This document shows, piece after piece, positions 51,874 through 61,526 of a stretch of 64,000 nt of DNA. Source of the DNA: an uncultured Acidimicrobiales bacterium (GTDB taxonomy: Bacteria; Actinomycetota; Acidimicrobiia; Acidimicrobiales; VFJN01); NCBI GenBank assembly GCA_963759225.1, contig CAVWYL010000005.1, positions 7,912-71,911 of the forward strand. The letters are read 5' to 3'. A program made the position numbers and the translations under genes. Each line of letters starts with the position of its first letter. Position 1 is the stretch's first letter. The notes below the pieces were generated by a model. It worked only from the letters and a program-made list of their open reading frames with translations, was not told where the DNA came from and made no database searches.

Positions 51874-52290
51874 TCAGCGCACCGCCGCGCCACGGCGCTC
51901 CTGGATCAGCCAGCCGTTGCCGTCGGGGTCGCTGAACGACGCGTACGTGCCGTAGTCCCGGCGGTCCGGGTCCGGCCCGCTGGCCTGGCCCTCGGCCCCG
52001 AAGTGGAACAGCTCGCTCACGTCGATGCCCCGCTCCACCAGCTCGGCCCGGGTGGCGTCGATGTCGGTGACGACCAGGTGCAGGCCCTGGATCGATCCGG
52101 GCTCGGTGGTCGAGATGCCGGTGCCGAACGTGACCGAGCACGCCGACCCCGGCGGGGTGAGCTGGACCACCCGGAAGGCGTCGCCCGCCCGGTGGTCGAC
52201 GTCCAGGGTGAACCCCACCGTCTCGTAGAACCCCTTGGCCTTGTCCACGTCGGTCACGGGCAGAACCACGACCTCGAGTTTCATGTCCAC
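51874..52290 (-). CDS. VOC/glyoxalase family protein
   Basis: LPVTDVDKAK.FY, VQLTPPGS, FSDPDGNGW.IQE. Confidence 0.9.
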   Translation of the reverse strand: MDMKLEVVVLPVTDVDKAKGFYETVGFTLDVDHRAGDAFRVVQLTPPGSACSVTFGTGISTTEPGSIQGLHLVVTDIDATRAELVERGIDVSELFHFGAEGQASGPDPDRRDYGTYASFSDPDGNGWLIQERRGAAVR

Positions 52291-52401
52291 TGTCGTCTCC
52301 TCTGTGTCGGATGACCATGCAACGCCCGCGGGCCCGGGAACTCATCGCGGGCAGGGCCGGAACCGTTTGTCCCGGCGAGTGACCGGGTAGGCGCGGACGG
52401 C

Positions 52402-52665
52402 GTGACCGACCCCATCGACCAGACCTCCACCATGCGCATCCCCATCGTCGGGACGACCGTCCGGTCCCTGGAACCGGTGCCGAGGGTGGGCACCTGGGAG
52501 ATCGTGGACCACGGAACGTGCGCCGGCAACGCCCGGCGGAGGGCCCTGACCCCTCGCGAGACCGCTCCTCTGTGTCCCGCGTGCGACGCGGAGGTGCGGT
52601 GGCAGCTCACCCACGTGGCACCCACGGTCGCCGCCGACCACCCGAGGGGCGATCCCCCTTCCTGA
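52402..52665 (+). CDS. small hypothetical protein, possible zinc ribbon
   Basis: 87-aa ORF with H.TC...PLCPAC...W. Confidence 0.5.
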   Translation: MTDPIDQTSTMRIPIVGTTVRSLEPVPRVGTWEIVDHGTCAGNARRRALTPRETAPLCPACDAEVRWQLTHVAPTVAADHPRGDPPS

Positions 52666-52721
52666 CGACGCGTCTGTCCTGGTCGGGCGCATTGCGGGGC
52701 GATCGCGTCTAGCGTCCCCGC

Positions 52722-53541
52722 ATGGCAGAGTCTCCCCCCGACACGTCTCCCCCCGACACGATCGTGCTGCTCCACGGCTTCTGGGTCACCCCCCGCAGCT
52801 GGGAGGACTGGAAGGCCCACTACGAGGCCAAGGGCTACACGCGTCCTCGTCCCCGGCTACCCCGGGTTCGAGGTCGAGGTCGAGGCGCTCAACGAGGACC
52901 CCACGCCGGTGGCCGAGCTCACCGTGCCCGCCATCGTCGCCCACTTCGAGGAGGCGCTGGCCGGGCTCGACCGCCAGCCGATCATCATGGGCCACTCGGC
53001 CGGCGGCGTCTTCACCCAGCTGCTGATGGCCCGCGGGCACGGGGCGGCCGGCGTCGCGCTGTGCTCGGCCCCCACCGAGGGCGTGCGGGTGGTGCCGCCG
53101 TCGCAGGTGAAGTCCACCTTCCCGGTGCTGAAGAACCCGGCCAACCGCCACAAGGCCGTGCACTACGACTTCGAGCACTGGAACTACGCGTTCACCAACA
53201 CGTTCCCGACCGACGAGGCCCGGAAGCTGTACGAGCGCTACGCCATCCCGGTGTCCGGGCGGGTCCTGTTCGAGAGCGTGCTCGCCAACCTGAAGCCCGG
53301 CCACCAGGACACCTGGGTCGACTACGACAACCCCGACCGGGCCCCGCTGCTGTTCGTGTCGGCCACCGACGACCACATCATGCCGCCCAAGGTGCAGCGG
53401 TCGAACGCCAAGAAGTACGCGGACTCGCTGGTCACCGAGGTCGTGGAGTACCCCGGCCCCCACCTGCTCACCGCCGCGCCCGGCTGGGAGGGCGTGGCCG
53501 ACTCGGTGCTCGACTGGGCCGTCAGCCACACGAAGGGATGA
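52722..53541 (+). CDS. alpha/beta hydrolase (frameshift near 52842)
   Basis: LLHGFW, GHSAGG nucleophile elbow, DHIMP, GPH. Confidence 0.88.
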
Positions 53542-54332
53542 CCGTCCGGCTCACCCACGTCGGCGGGCCGACCGTGCTCGTCGAGGTGGGCGGATGGCGG
53601 ATCCTCACCGACCCCACCTTCGACCCGCCGGGCGGGCGGTACTCGTTCGGGCTGGGGACGTCGTCGCGCAAGCTGTCCGGCCCGGCCGTCGCCGCCGACG
53701 AGCTCGGGGCGATCGACGCCGTGCTGGTCAGCCACGCCCACCACGGCGACAACCTCGACGCCGCGGGCCGGGCGCTGCTGCCGGCGGCGGGCACGGTCGT
53801 GACCACCACGGCCGCGGCCAAGGACATCGGCGGCGGCGCGGTGGGCCTGGTGCCGTGGGCGACGACCGTGCTGGAGGCGCCCGGCCGGCCCACGGTCGAG
53901 ATCACCGCCACGCCGTGCCGCCACGGCCCGCCGCTCAGCCGCCCCGTCGTGGGCGACGTGATCGGCTTCTCGCTGGCGTGGGAGGGCCAGACCGACGGGG
54001 TGCTGTGGATCTCCGGCGACACCGTCCTCTACGACGGCGTGCGCGACACCGCCCGGCGCCTCGACGTCGACCTGGCGGTCCTCCACCTCGGGGCGGTGCG
54101 GTTCGGGCTGACGGGCCCGGTGCGCTACAGCATGACGGCCGCCGACGCGGTCGAGCTGTGCCGGGAGCTGCGGCCCCGCACGGCTGTCCCCGTCCACTAC
54201 GAGGGCTGGTCGCACTTCAGCCAGGGCCGGGAGGGCATCGCGCGGGACCTGGCCGCGGCGCCCGACGACGTGCGGGCCGTGTTCCGGATGGTCCCGCTCG
54301 GCACCCCGGTGGAGTTCATGATGGGGTCATGA
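53538..54332 (+). CDS. MBL-fold metallo-hydrolase
   Basis: LTDPTF, SHAHHGDNLD, RHG, SGDT, PVHYEGWSHF. Confidence 0.88.
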   Translation: MTVRLTHVGGPTVLVEVGGWRILTDPTFDPPGGRYSFGLGTSSRKLSGPAVAADELGAIDAVLVSHAHHGDNLDAAGRALLPAAGTVVTTTAAAKDIGGGAVGLVPWATTVLEAPGRPTVEITATPCRHGPPLSRPVVGDVIGFSLAWEGQTDGVLWISGDTVLYDGVRDTARRLDVDLAVLHLGAVRFGLTGPVRYSMTAADAVELCRELRPRTAVPVHYEGWSHFSQGREGIARDLAAAPDDVRAVFRMVPLGTPVEFMMGS

Positions 54333-55369
54333 AAGCCCTCACCTACCACGGCCCCCGCGACATCCGCTGCACGTCCGTCCCCGACGCCACGCTGCCCGGC
54401 GAGCGGGGCGCCGTCGTGGCGGTGCGGGCGGCGGGCATCTGCGGCAGCGACCTGCACATCTACGACGGCCACGGCTTCTCGCCCGGAATCGGGTACCCGG
54501 TCGGCCACGAGGCCGTCGGCGAGGTCGTCGAGGTGGGATCCGCGGTCGAGCGCTTCGCGGTGGGTGACTCGGTGCTGCTGGCGGCGTCGGTGGGCTGCGG
54601 GCGCTGCGCCGCCTGCGGCCGGGGCCAGGTGTTCCTGTGCTCCAGCCCGGGCGAGGTCGGGGTGTACGGGGTGGGCCACGCGCTCGGCGGCTGCCAGGCC
54701 GAGCTCGTGGCCGTGCCGGCCGCCGACATGAACCTGGTCGCCGTCCCGGACGGGATGGGCGACGAGGCCGGGCTCGTGCTCACCGACAACGCCCCCACCG
54801 GCTGGTACGGCGCCCGCCTGGCCCGCATCGCCCCCGGCGACACGGTGGCGGTGGTGGGGGTGGGCCCGGTGGGCCTGATGAGCGTGGCCGCGGCCTTCGT
54901 GATGGGGGCGGCGCGCGTCCTCGCCGTCGACCTGGTGGCGTCGCGGCGGGAGCGGGCCGCCGCGCTCGGTGCCGTGCCGGTGGGGGACGACCCGATCGGC
55001 GAGGTCCTGCGCCTGACCGGCGGCCGCGGCGCCGACGTGGTCGTCGAGGCGGTGGGGGCCGACGCCACCATCGAGCTGGCCATGGGGCTGGCGGGCCGGT
55101 GCGGGCGCGTGTCGGTGGTGGGGGTGAGCCAGAACCCGGCGTTCGCGTTCAACATGCTCCTCGCCCAGCTCAAGTGCCTGGAGTTCACGATCGGGCTGTG
55201 CTCGGTCCAGGCCGAGCTGCCGGCGCTGCTGGCGCTGACGGCCTCGGGCCGGCTGGACCCGGGGGCGATCGTGTCCCACCACCTGCCCCTCGAGGCGGGC
55301 GCCGACGCCTACGCCCTGTTCAGCTCCCGGGAGGACGGCGTGTGCAAGGTCGTGCTGGACGTCACGTGA
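54329..55369 (+). CDS. zinc-dependent alcohol dehydrogenase family protein
   Basis: CGSDLH, GHE, CGRC..C.......C, GVGPVG. Confidence 0.93.
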   Translation: MKALTYHGPRDIRCTSVPDATLPGERGAVVAVRAAGICGSDLHIYDGHGFSPGIGYPVGHEAVGEVVEVGSAVERFAVGDSVLLAASVGCGRCAACGRGQVFLCSSPGEVGVYGVGHALGGCQAELVAVPAADMNLVAVPDGMGDEAGLVLTDNAPTGWYGARLARIAPGDTVAVVGVGPVGLMSVAAAFVMGAARVLAVDLVASRRERAAALGAVPVGDDPIGEVLRLTGGRGADVVVEAVGADATIELAMGLAGRCGRVSVVGVSQNPAFAFNMLLAQLKCLEFTIGLCSVQAELPALLALTASGRLDPGAIVSHHLPLEAGADAYALFSSREDGVCKVVLDVT

Positions 55370-55835
55370 CGTTGACGGCGATCTGCATCCCGGCGTCGTA
55401 GTGGCCCGGCTCGTGGCAGCCGACGATGACCTGGCCCCCGGCGTCGAACGTGTGGACCAGCTCGCCGGTCTGGCCCGGCTCCAGCGTGAGGGCGGGGACG
55501 TCGCCGTGGTCCATGGCGTCCATGGCCTCGGCGCCGTCGCCCGCCGCCCGCACCTCGGTCTCGTGCTTGGCCTGGACCTCGGCGTCGCCGATGACGGCGT
55601 CGTGGCGGACGGAGCCGTCGTTGTGGAAGATGAAGCGGACGGTCTCGCCGGCCGCGACGTCGAGCGTGGAGGGCGAGTACGAGTTGTCCACCATGCTGAG
55701 GTGCACGTCCGTGGCGTCGGCCTGCGGATCCTCCGTGCTGGTGCGCTCGTCGGTGCTGTCGCTCCCCCCGCACGCCGCCGCGGCCAGGGCCGCGGCCACC
55801 GCGAGGGCGGTGGTCATGAGTCGGTGACGTGTCAT
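55362..55835 (-). CDS. cupredoxin (plastocyanin/azurin-like) lipoprotein
   Basis: Lipobox AAAC; N.G...H and CHEPGHYDAGM type-1 copper ligands. Confidence 0.88.
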   Translation of the reverse strand: MTRHRLMTTALAVAAALAAAACGGSDSTDERTSTEDPQADATDVHLSMVDNSYSPSTLDVAAGETVRFIFHNDGSVRHDAVIGDAEVQAKHETEVRAAGDGAEAMDAMDHGDVPALTLEPGQTGELVHTFDAGGQVIVGCHEPGHYDAGMQIAVNVT

Positions 55836-55891
55836 GCAACAACGGTAGTCGCGTTCAATGACAGCCGTCTTTACTGACTTAAGGTCAAAGA

Positions 55892-56267
55892 ATGAGCGAC
55901 GTCAAGCCCCGGGCCGACCAGTTGCTCCTGATTGTCGACCTGGCGGCCGTCGGCGTCTTCGCGCTGGAGGGCGGCCTGGCCGGGGTCGTCGCCCACCTCG
56001 ACGTGGTCGGCGTGCTGGTGCTGGCGTTCGCCACCGCGCTGGCCGGCGGCATCCTGCGGGACCTGCTCATCGGCGCCGTCCCGCCCGCGTCGGATCCTCG
56101 ACGAGCGGTACCCCGTGGTGGCTCTGGCCGCCGGCGCCGGCGCCTTCGTCCTCCACGGCGTGATCGACGACGTGCCCAGGACGCGAGTGATGGCGGCCGG
56201 CGCGCTCGCCTGCTTCGTCCTGCGGATGCTGGCCGTGTGGCAGGACTGGAACCTGCCCACCGCCTGA
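55892..56267 (+). pseudogene. TRIC/UPF0126 membrane protein, shortened and frameshifted
   Basis: VFALEG, LDVVG, TALAGGILRDLLIG; C-terminal LRMLA...WNLP; only one GG..RD repeat in about 125 codons. Confidence 0.65.
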
Positions 56268-56276
56268 CCCGGCTGC

Positions 56277-57107
56277 CTACCGGGTGCGCTGGGCCTTGGT
56301 CCGGAAGGCGCCGGACAGGTCGGACGGCGCGAACGCCAGGTCGACCGGGAGCTGGCGGGCGTGCCGGTACAGCGCCGTCTTGAACACCGCCGACAGCGCC
56401 GAGGTCACGGCGATCACGCCCAGGACCCACAGCACGCCCAGCGTCACGCCGACGGCGACGACCGCGCCGACCCCCGAGGCACCGGCGGCCACGGCCACGA
56501 CGATGCCCGGCAGCGCCAGCAGGAAGCCGATCAGCCCCAGGCCGAACGTGAACACGAGCTGCTCGCCCCACGTGCCCCGCAGCAGCTGGGACGAGCGCTT
56601 GAACCCCTCGATGGCGCCCACGTCCTCGAACACGATGACCGGCAGGGCGAGGAACGACAGCACGTTGAACGCCATGTTGCCGACCCCGGCGATGATCTGG
56701 CCCGCGAACCCGAGCCGGTCGCGGATGATGTCGAGCACGACGGCCACCGCGGTGGCCAGCACCGCCCACTCCAGCAGGCGGCCGGTGCGGCCCCGGGCGC
56801 CGTGGAACGCGGTGCCCAGCGTCGGGTCCCCGCCGTCCATGCGCTGGCCGGCGCCGGAGATCACCGCCGCCTGCCCGATCACCGACACCCAGGTGGCGAG
56901 CAGGCCGGCCAGGATCAGGATGATCCACAGCGCCCAGTTCGCCGAGTCGTCGTCGCCCACCAGCGCCACCCCGATGCCGGCGACGATGCCGAACACGACC
57001 AGCGAGATCAGCCCCGCCACGATGGGGATGGCCACCAGCTCGCGGTCCTGCGACAGCACCCGCCACGAGGACTTCGCCAACCGCCAGCCGTTCGAGATGC
57101 GTCCCAC
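56277..57107 (-). CDS. conserved membrane protein (DUF6159-like)
   Basis: W.LAKSSW.VL..DREL, LPVIVFE, KRS..L.R.TWGE, FKTALY. Confidence 0.78.
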   Translation of the reverse strand: MGRISNGWRLAKSSWRVLSQDRELVAIPIVAGLISLVVFGIVAGIGVALVGDDDSANWALWIILILAGLLATWVSVIGQAAVISGAGQRMDGGDPTLGTAFHGARGRTGRLLEWAVLATAVAVVLDIIRDRLGFAGQIIAGVGNMAFNVLSFLALPVIVFEDVGAIEGFKRSSQLLRGTWGEQLVFTFGLGLIGFLLALPGIVVAVAAGASGVGAVVAVGVTLGVLWVLGVIAVTSALSAVFKTALYRHARQLPVDLAFAPSDLSGAFRTKAQRTR

Positions 57108-57157
57108 AGCGGAGAGTGTCACTCGATGCCTCCAACGGAAGCAACGACCATCTGGTG

Positions 57158-58210
57158 CTATTCCATCGACTCCCCTGGCGCCAGGTCGGCCCGCACGCCG
57201 AGCAGGCGGACCGGCTGGTCGAGCCGGAACCGGCTCAGCGCCGCCAGCGCCGCGCGCTCGATGGCCCCGGGGTCGCCGGTGGGGGAGGGCAGGGGCACGC
57301 TGCGGGTGTGGGTGAAGAACGGCGCGAAGCGCACCTTCACCGCCACCCGCACCGCGGGCCGCGCCTCCTCGGCCACGTCCGCCGCCACCCGGCGGGCCAG
57401 CGCCACCACCTGCTCGTCGAGGGTGGCCCGGTCGCGCACGTCCTGCTGGAACGTGACCTCGCGGCTGCGGGACTTCGCCCGCCACGGCTCGGCGCTGACC
57501 TCGCTGCCGGCCACCCCGAACGCCAGCATCCGGTACCACGGGCCCATCGTCGGGCCGAGCCGGGCCGCCAGCGCGGCCGGGTCGGCCCGGGCCAGCCCGA
57601 CCACGGTCGTGATGCCGAGGGCGGCCAGCTTGGCCGCGGTGCGGGACCCGATGCCCCACAGGGCGTCGGGCGGCCGGTCGCCCATCACCTCGACCCAGTT
57701 GTGCTTGGTGAGCCGGTACACGCCCGCCGGCTTGGCGAAGCCGGTGGCGATCTTGGCCCGCAGCCGGTTGTCGCCGATCCCGACCGAGCACGCCAGCCCG
57801 GTCGCCTCCCGCACCGCCCGCTGCGCCTCGGCCGCCAGCGCCTCGGGGTCGGCGGCGTCGGTGCCGAGGAACGCCTCGTCCCAGCCCAGCACCTCGACCA
57901 CGACCCCCAGCCCGGCCAGGGCGGCCATCACCCGTTCCGACACCGCCTCGTAGGCCGGCGGGTCGGACGGCAGGAACACGGCGTCCGGGCAGCGCTTGAG
58001 CGCCGTGCGCAGCGCCATCCCGGAGTGGACGCCGTACTCGCGGGCCTCGTACGAGGCGGTGGCGACGACGCCCCGGCGGGTGGGGTCGCCGTCGCCACCG
58101 ACCACGACGGGCCGGCCCCTCAGCTCGGGGCGGCGCGCCACCTCCACCGCGGCGAGGAACTCGTCGAGGTCGACGTGGAGCACCCAGGCGAAGCCGACCG
58201 CATCCGGCAC
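57158..58210 (-). CDS. dinB: DNA polymerase IV (Y family)
   Basis: HVDLDEF.AAVE, ASYEAR.YGV.SGM, GWDEAFL, SVGIG.N...AKIA...KP.G, VRLLGV. Confidence 0.93.
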   Translation of the reverse strand: MPDAVGFAWVLHVDLDEFLAAVEVARRPELRGRPVVVGGDGDPTRRGVVATASYEAREYGVHSGMALRTALKRCPDAVFLPSDPPAYEAVSERVMAALAGLGVVVEVLGWDEAFLGTDAADPEALAAEAQRAVREATGLACSVGIGDNRLRAKIATGFAKPAGVYRLTKHNWVEVMGDRPPDALWGIGSRTAAKLAALGITTVVGLARADPAALAARLGPTMGPWYRMLAFGVAGSEVSAEPWRAKSRSREVTFQQDVRDRATLDEQVVALARRVAADVAEEARPAVRVAVKVRFAPFFTHTRSVPLPSPTGDPGAIERAALAALSRFRLDQPVRLLGVRADLAPGESME

Positions 58211-58253
58211 CCCGGCGAGCGTACGGCGGCCGGCGGGTCGTCGTGGGCGGGTC

Positions 58254-58664
58254 CTAGGAGGTGACGGGCTCCAGCACGATCACGGGGATCTGGCGGGTGG
58301 TCTTGGCCTCGTAGTCGGCGAAGTTCGGCATCCGCTCCTTCTGGCGCGACCACAGCGCCTCGCGCTCGGCCGGCTCGGCCACCCGGGCCCGCAGGGCGAC
58401 CGTGTCGGTGCCGACCTCGGCGGTGACGTCGGGGTGGGCGACGACGTTGTGGTACCAGTCCGGGTGGGTGGGCGCCCCGCCCTTGGACGCGAAGATGACC
58501 AGGTTGTCGCCGTCGGTGCTGTACACGAGGGGGTTGACCCGCTCGGCGCCGCTGCGGGCGCCGGTCGTGTGGAGCAGCAGCAGGGAAGCCCCCTCGAACG
58601 GGCCGCCGACCTCGCCGGCGTTGGCGCGGAACTCCTCGATGATGCTGGCGTTGAAGTCGGACAT
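58254..58664 (-). CDS. F420-dependent nitroreductase family (DDN-like) protein
   Basis: IEEFRAN.G, LLL.TTGARSG..R..PL, ASKGG....PDWY.N, Y...T.RQIPV. Confidence 0.92.
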   Translation of the reverse strand: MSDFNASIIEEFRANAGEVGGPFEGASLLLLHTTGARSGAERVNPLVYSTDGDNLVIFASKGGAPTHPDWYHNVVAHPDVTAEVGTDTVALRARVAEPAEREALWSRQKERMPNFADYEAKTTRQIPVIVLEPVTS

Positions 58665-58747
58665 GGCGACGAGCCTACGGACGCGACGACGCCGTCGGAC
58701 CCCTGGGCGCCAGTGCCCGTGAGGTCCGACGGCGGGTCGGCGGAGGC

Positions 58748-59572
58748 TCAGACCTTGCGGAACTTCGCCACCGCCAGCGGGGCGAACACCGCCACGATGC
58801 CGGCGGCCCACAGCAGCGAGACCGTCACGTAGTGGGCCGTCGAGCCGGACAGGCCGGCCAGCGCCGGGTCGCCCAGCGCCAGCGACCGCACCGCGTTGGT
58901 CATGACCGTGATGGGCTGGTGCTCGGCCACCGGCTGCAGCCACCCGGGCATCGTGTCGACGGGCACCATGGCGCTCGACACGAACGACAGCGGGAAGATC
59001 AGCAGGGACATGCCCTGGGCCGCCTGGACGTTCCCGGCCGCCAGGCCGACGAACACGAACATCCACATGAAGGCGAACCCGAAGACCAGGGTCAGCCCGA
59101 AGGCGGCCAGCGCCTCGGCGCCGGTGCCGAGCGGGCGGAAGCCGACCGCGAACCCGATGGCGGCGGTGGCGGCGAGGCCCAGCGCCAGCAGCGCCGACTC
59201 GGCCACGACCCGGCCGGTGAGCACCGCGGTGCGGGACACGGGCAGCGAGCGCAGGCGGTCGGTGAAGCCCTCCTCGAGGTCCTGCGCCACGCTGGAGGAG
59301 GCGTTGGACCCGGTGAACAGGACGCTGGTGACGATGTAGCCCGGCACCATGAACGTGACGTAGTCGACCGGCCCGGTGCCGATGGCCCCGCCGAACACGT
59401 AGCGGAAGATCAGCAGGAACATCGCCCCCGTGACCGTCGAGATCACGAGGAGCTGCGGGGTGCGGACGAACTTGCGGACGGAACGGGTCGCCACGGCGGT
59501 GGCGGCGGTGAAGGCCCCGGCGGGGCGGGTGGCGGGCGTGATGCGCCCGGCGTCGAAGGTGACAGCGGTCAT
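58748..59572 (-). CDS. ABC-2 type exporter permease (DrrB-like)
   Basis: Six TM segments, DRLRSLP, PLSFVSSA.VP..TMP.WL. Confidence 0.9.
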   Translation of the reverse strand: MTAVTFDAGRITPATRPAGAFTAATAVATRSVRKFVRTPQLLVISTVTGAMFLLIFRYVFGGAIGTGPVDYVTFMVPGYIVTSVLFTGSNASSSVAQDLEEGFTDRLRSLPVSRTAVLTGRVVAESALLALGLAATAAIGFAVGFRPLGTGAEALAAFGLTLVFGFAFMWMFVFVGLAAGNVQAAQGMSLLIFPLSFVSSAMVPVDTMPGWLQPVAEHQPITVMTNAVRSLALGDPALAGLSGSTAHYVTVSLLWAAGIVAVFAPLAVAKFRKV

Positions 59573-59586
59573 CGGTCTCAAGCTCC

Positions 59587-60612
59587 TCAAGCGGCCTGGG
59601 CAGCGAACTGCCCGTCGGTGGCGGACGTGGCGGACTCGGTGGTGTCGTCGTCGGAATCGGAGGGCTCGCCGTCGATGGGCGAGCCGGTCAGGGTCAGGAA
59701 CACCTCGTCGAGGGTCGGGCGCCGCAGGCCGATGTCGTCGACCTCGACCGCCAGGGCGTCGAGCTGCCGCACGGCGGCGGCGATGACGGCCCGGCCACCG
59801 TCGACGGGGATGGTGACCCGGTGGGCGCCGGCGTCGACCCGGGGGGCCTCGGCCCCGAGGCGGGCGAGCGACTCGGCCACGACGCTCAGGTCGTCGGCCC
59901 GGTGCACCCGGATCTCGACCACGTCGCGCCCGGCCCGGCTCTTGAGCTCGCCGGGCGTGCCGTCGGCGATGACCCGGCCCTTGTCGACGATGACGATGCG
60001 CTGGGCGAGCTGGTCGGCCTCGTCGAGGTACTGGGTGGTGAGCAGGACGTCGGTGCCGGCCGCCACCATCGAGCGGATGGCCTCCCACAGCTCGTTGCGG
60101 CTGCGGGGGTCGAGGCCCGTGGTGGGCTCGTCGAGCAGCAGGACCCGGGGCGCCCCGACCAGGCTGGCGCCGAGGTCGAGCCGGCGGCGCATGCCACCGG
60201 AGTAGGTGCTGACCGGGCGGTCGGCCGCATCGGTGAGGCCGAGCTGCTCGAGGACGACAGCGGTGTTGGCCTTCGCCTGGCGGCGGGTCTGGCCGTAGAG
60301 GCGGGCGACCATGGTGACGTTCTCCCGCCCGGTCATGGCCGGCTCGACGGCGGCGTACTGGCCGGCGAGGCCGATGACCCGGCGGACCTGGTCGGGCCGG
60401 CGGGCGGCGTCGATGCCGGCCACGCGGAGCTCGCCGCCGTCGGGGCGGACCAGCGTGGCCACCGAGCGGATGAAGGTGGTCTTGCCGGCGCCGTTGGGCC
60501 CCAGCACGGCGACGACCTGGCCGCTGTGGGCCACGAGGTCGAGCCCGGCCAGCGCCTGGACCTTGCCGAAGCTCTTGGTGAGGCCCCGGGCCTCGACGAT
60601 CGGTGTGCTCAT
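59587..60612 (-). CDS. ABC exporter ATP-binding protein (DrrA-like)
   Basis: GPNGAGKT, YSGGM, LLDEPTTGLDP, LTTQYL. Confidence 0.94.
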   Translation of the reverse strand: MSTPIVEARGLTKSFGKVQALAGLDLVAHSGQVVAVLGPNGAGKTTFIRSVATLVRPDGGELRVAGIDAARRPDQVRRVIGLAGQYAAVEPAMTGRENVTMVARLYGQTRRQAKANTAVVLEQLGLTDAADRPVSTYSGGMRRRLDLGASLVGAPRVLLLDEPTTGLDPRSRNELWEAIRSMVAAGTDVLLTTQYLDEADQLAQRIVIVDKGRVIADGTPGELKSRAGRDVVEIRVHRADDLSVVAESLARLGAEAPRVDAGAHRVTIPVDGGRAVIAAAVRQLDALAVEVDDIGLRRPTLDEVFLTLTGSPIDGEPSDSDDDTTESATSATDGQFAAQAA

Positions 60613-60632
60613 GGCTGCTCTCCTCCGGAACG

Positions 60633-60710
60633 GAATGGATTGCTCTGTTCCGTACTTTAACGGAGCGGAGCACTCCGTTCAAGGAATTTGTGGATCGGAA
60701 TGTTCCGTTC
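60633..60710. promoter_or_regulatory. three palindromic TetR-type operators at a 30-bp period
   Basis: GAATGGATTGCTCTGTTC (60633), GAGCGGAGCACTCCGTTC (60663), GATCGGAATGTTCCGTTC (60693). Confidence 0.8.
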
Positions 60711-60725
60711 ACGTATGGTGAGGTC

Positions 60726-61376
60726 ATGGCAGAGGCCCAGACGACCCCGCTGAGCGGCCGCAAGGCCCAGGCCGCCCGCAACGACGAGACGATCCTGGCG
60801 GCGGCGCGGGCGGTGTTCCTGGCCGACCCCGGGGCCCCGGTGTCGGCCGTGGCCCAGGCCGCCGGGGTCGGCATGAGCGCGCTCTACCGGCGCTATCCGT
60901 CCAAGGACGACCTGATCCGGCGCCTGTGCACGATCGGCCTCCAGACCTACATCGACCTCGCCGAGGACTGCGTGAACGACGACGGCGACCCGTGGGAGGC
61001 GTTCGCCACCTTCATGCGGCGGGCGGTCGACGCCCACACCAACGCGCTCACGCTGCGGCTGGCGGGCACGTTCACGCCGGACGAGACGCTCTACGCGATG
61101 GCCGAGTACGCCGGCACGCTCAACGTCGCCCTGTTCGACCGCACGGCGAACGCCGGCGTCATCCGGCCCGACGTCACCGTGTCCGACCTCGGCCTCGTCT
61201 TCGAGCAGATCGCGGCCGTCGCCTACGGCGAGTCGCCCGAGCGCACCGCGGTCCTGCGCCAGCGCAGCCTCGCCCTCGTGCTGGAGGGGCTCCGCGCCGA
61301 CCCGCCCACGGTCGACCTGCCGGGCCCCGGCGTCACCGACGACGAGTTCGCGGCCCGCTGGGTGCCGCGGGGCTGA
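60726..61376 (+). CDS. TetR/AcrR-family transcriptional regulator
   Basis: N...ILAAAR.VF, VAQAAGVGMSALYRRYPSKDDL HTH; divergent from the ABC exporter. Confidence 0.93.
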   Translation: MAEAQTTPLSGRKAQAARNDETILAAARAVFLADPGAPVSAVAQAAGVGMSALYRRYPSKDDLIRRLCTIGLQTYIDLAEDCVNDDGDPWEAFATFMRRAVDAHTNALTLRLAGTFTPDETLYAMAEYAGTLNVALFDRTANAGVIRPDVTVSDLGLVFEQIAAVAYGESPERTAVLRQRSLALVLEGLRADPPTVDLPGPGVTDDEFAARWVPRG

Positions 61377-61526
61377 GGCGCCGGCTCGCGGTCGGGTCAA
61401 ACCTCGCTATTGCTTTGCCCACCGTACCGGTCGAGAATTTGCGAGGTGAACGGGCGGGCGGCGGTTCGCGCACAGCGGGCCATTCGGGGTGCTCAGGGTG
61501 TCCAGGCAGGCGGCGGTCGCCGTCGC

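Noticed and set aside
52731-52760. 15-bp perfect tandem duplication TCTCCCCCCGACACG x2
   Set aside because: It is an in-frame SPPDT duplication in a disordered N-terminus, consistent with trivial slippage.
55875-55887. Near-palindrome TGACTTAAGGTCA between the cupredoxin and TRIC genes
   Set aside because: It is a single short site with no cognate regulator nearby, which is insufficient support.
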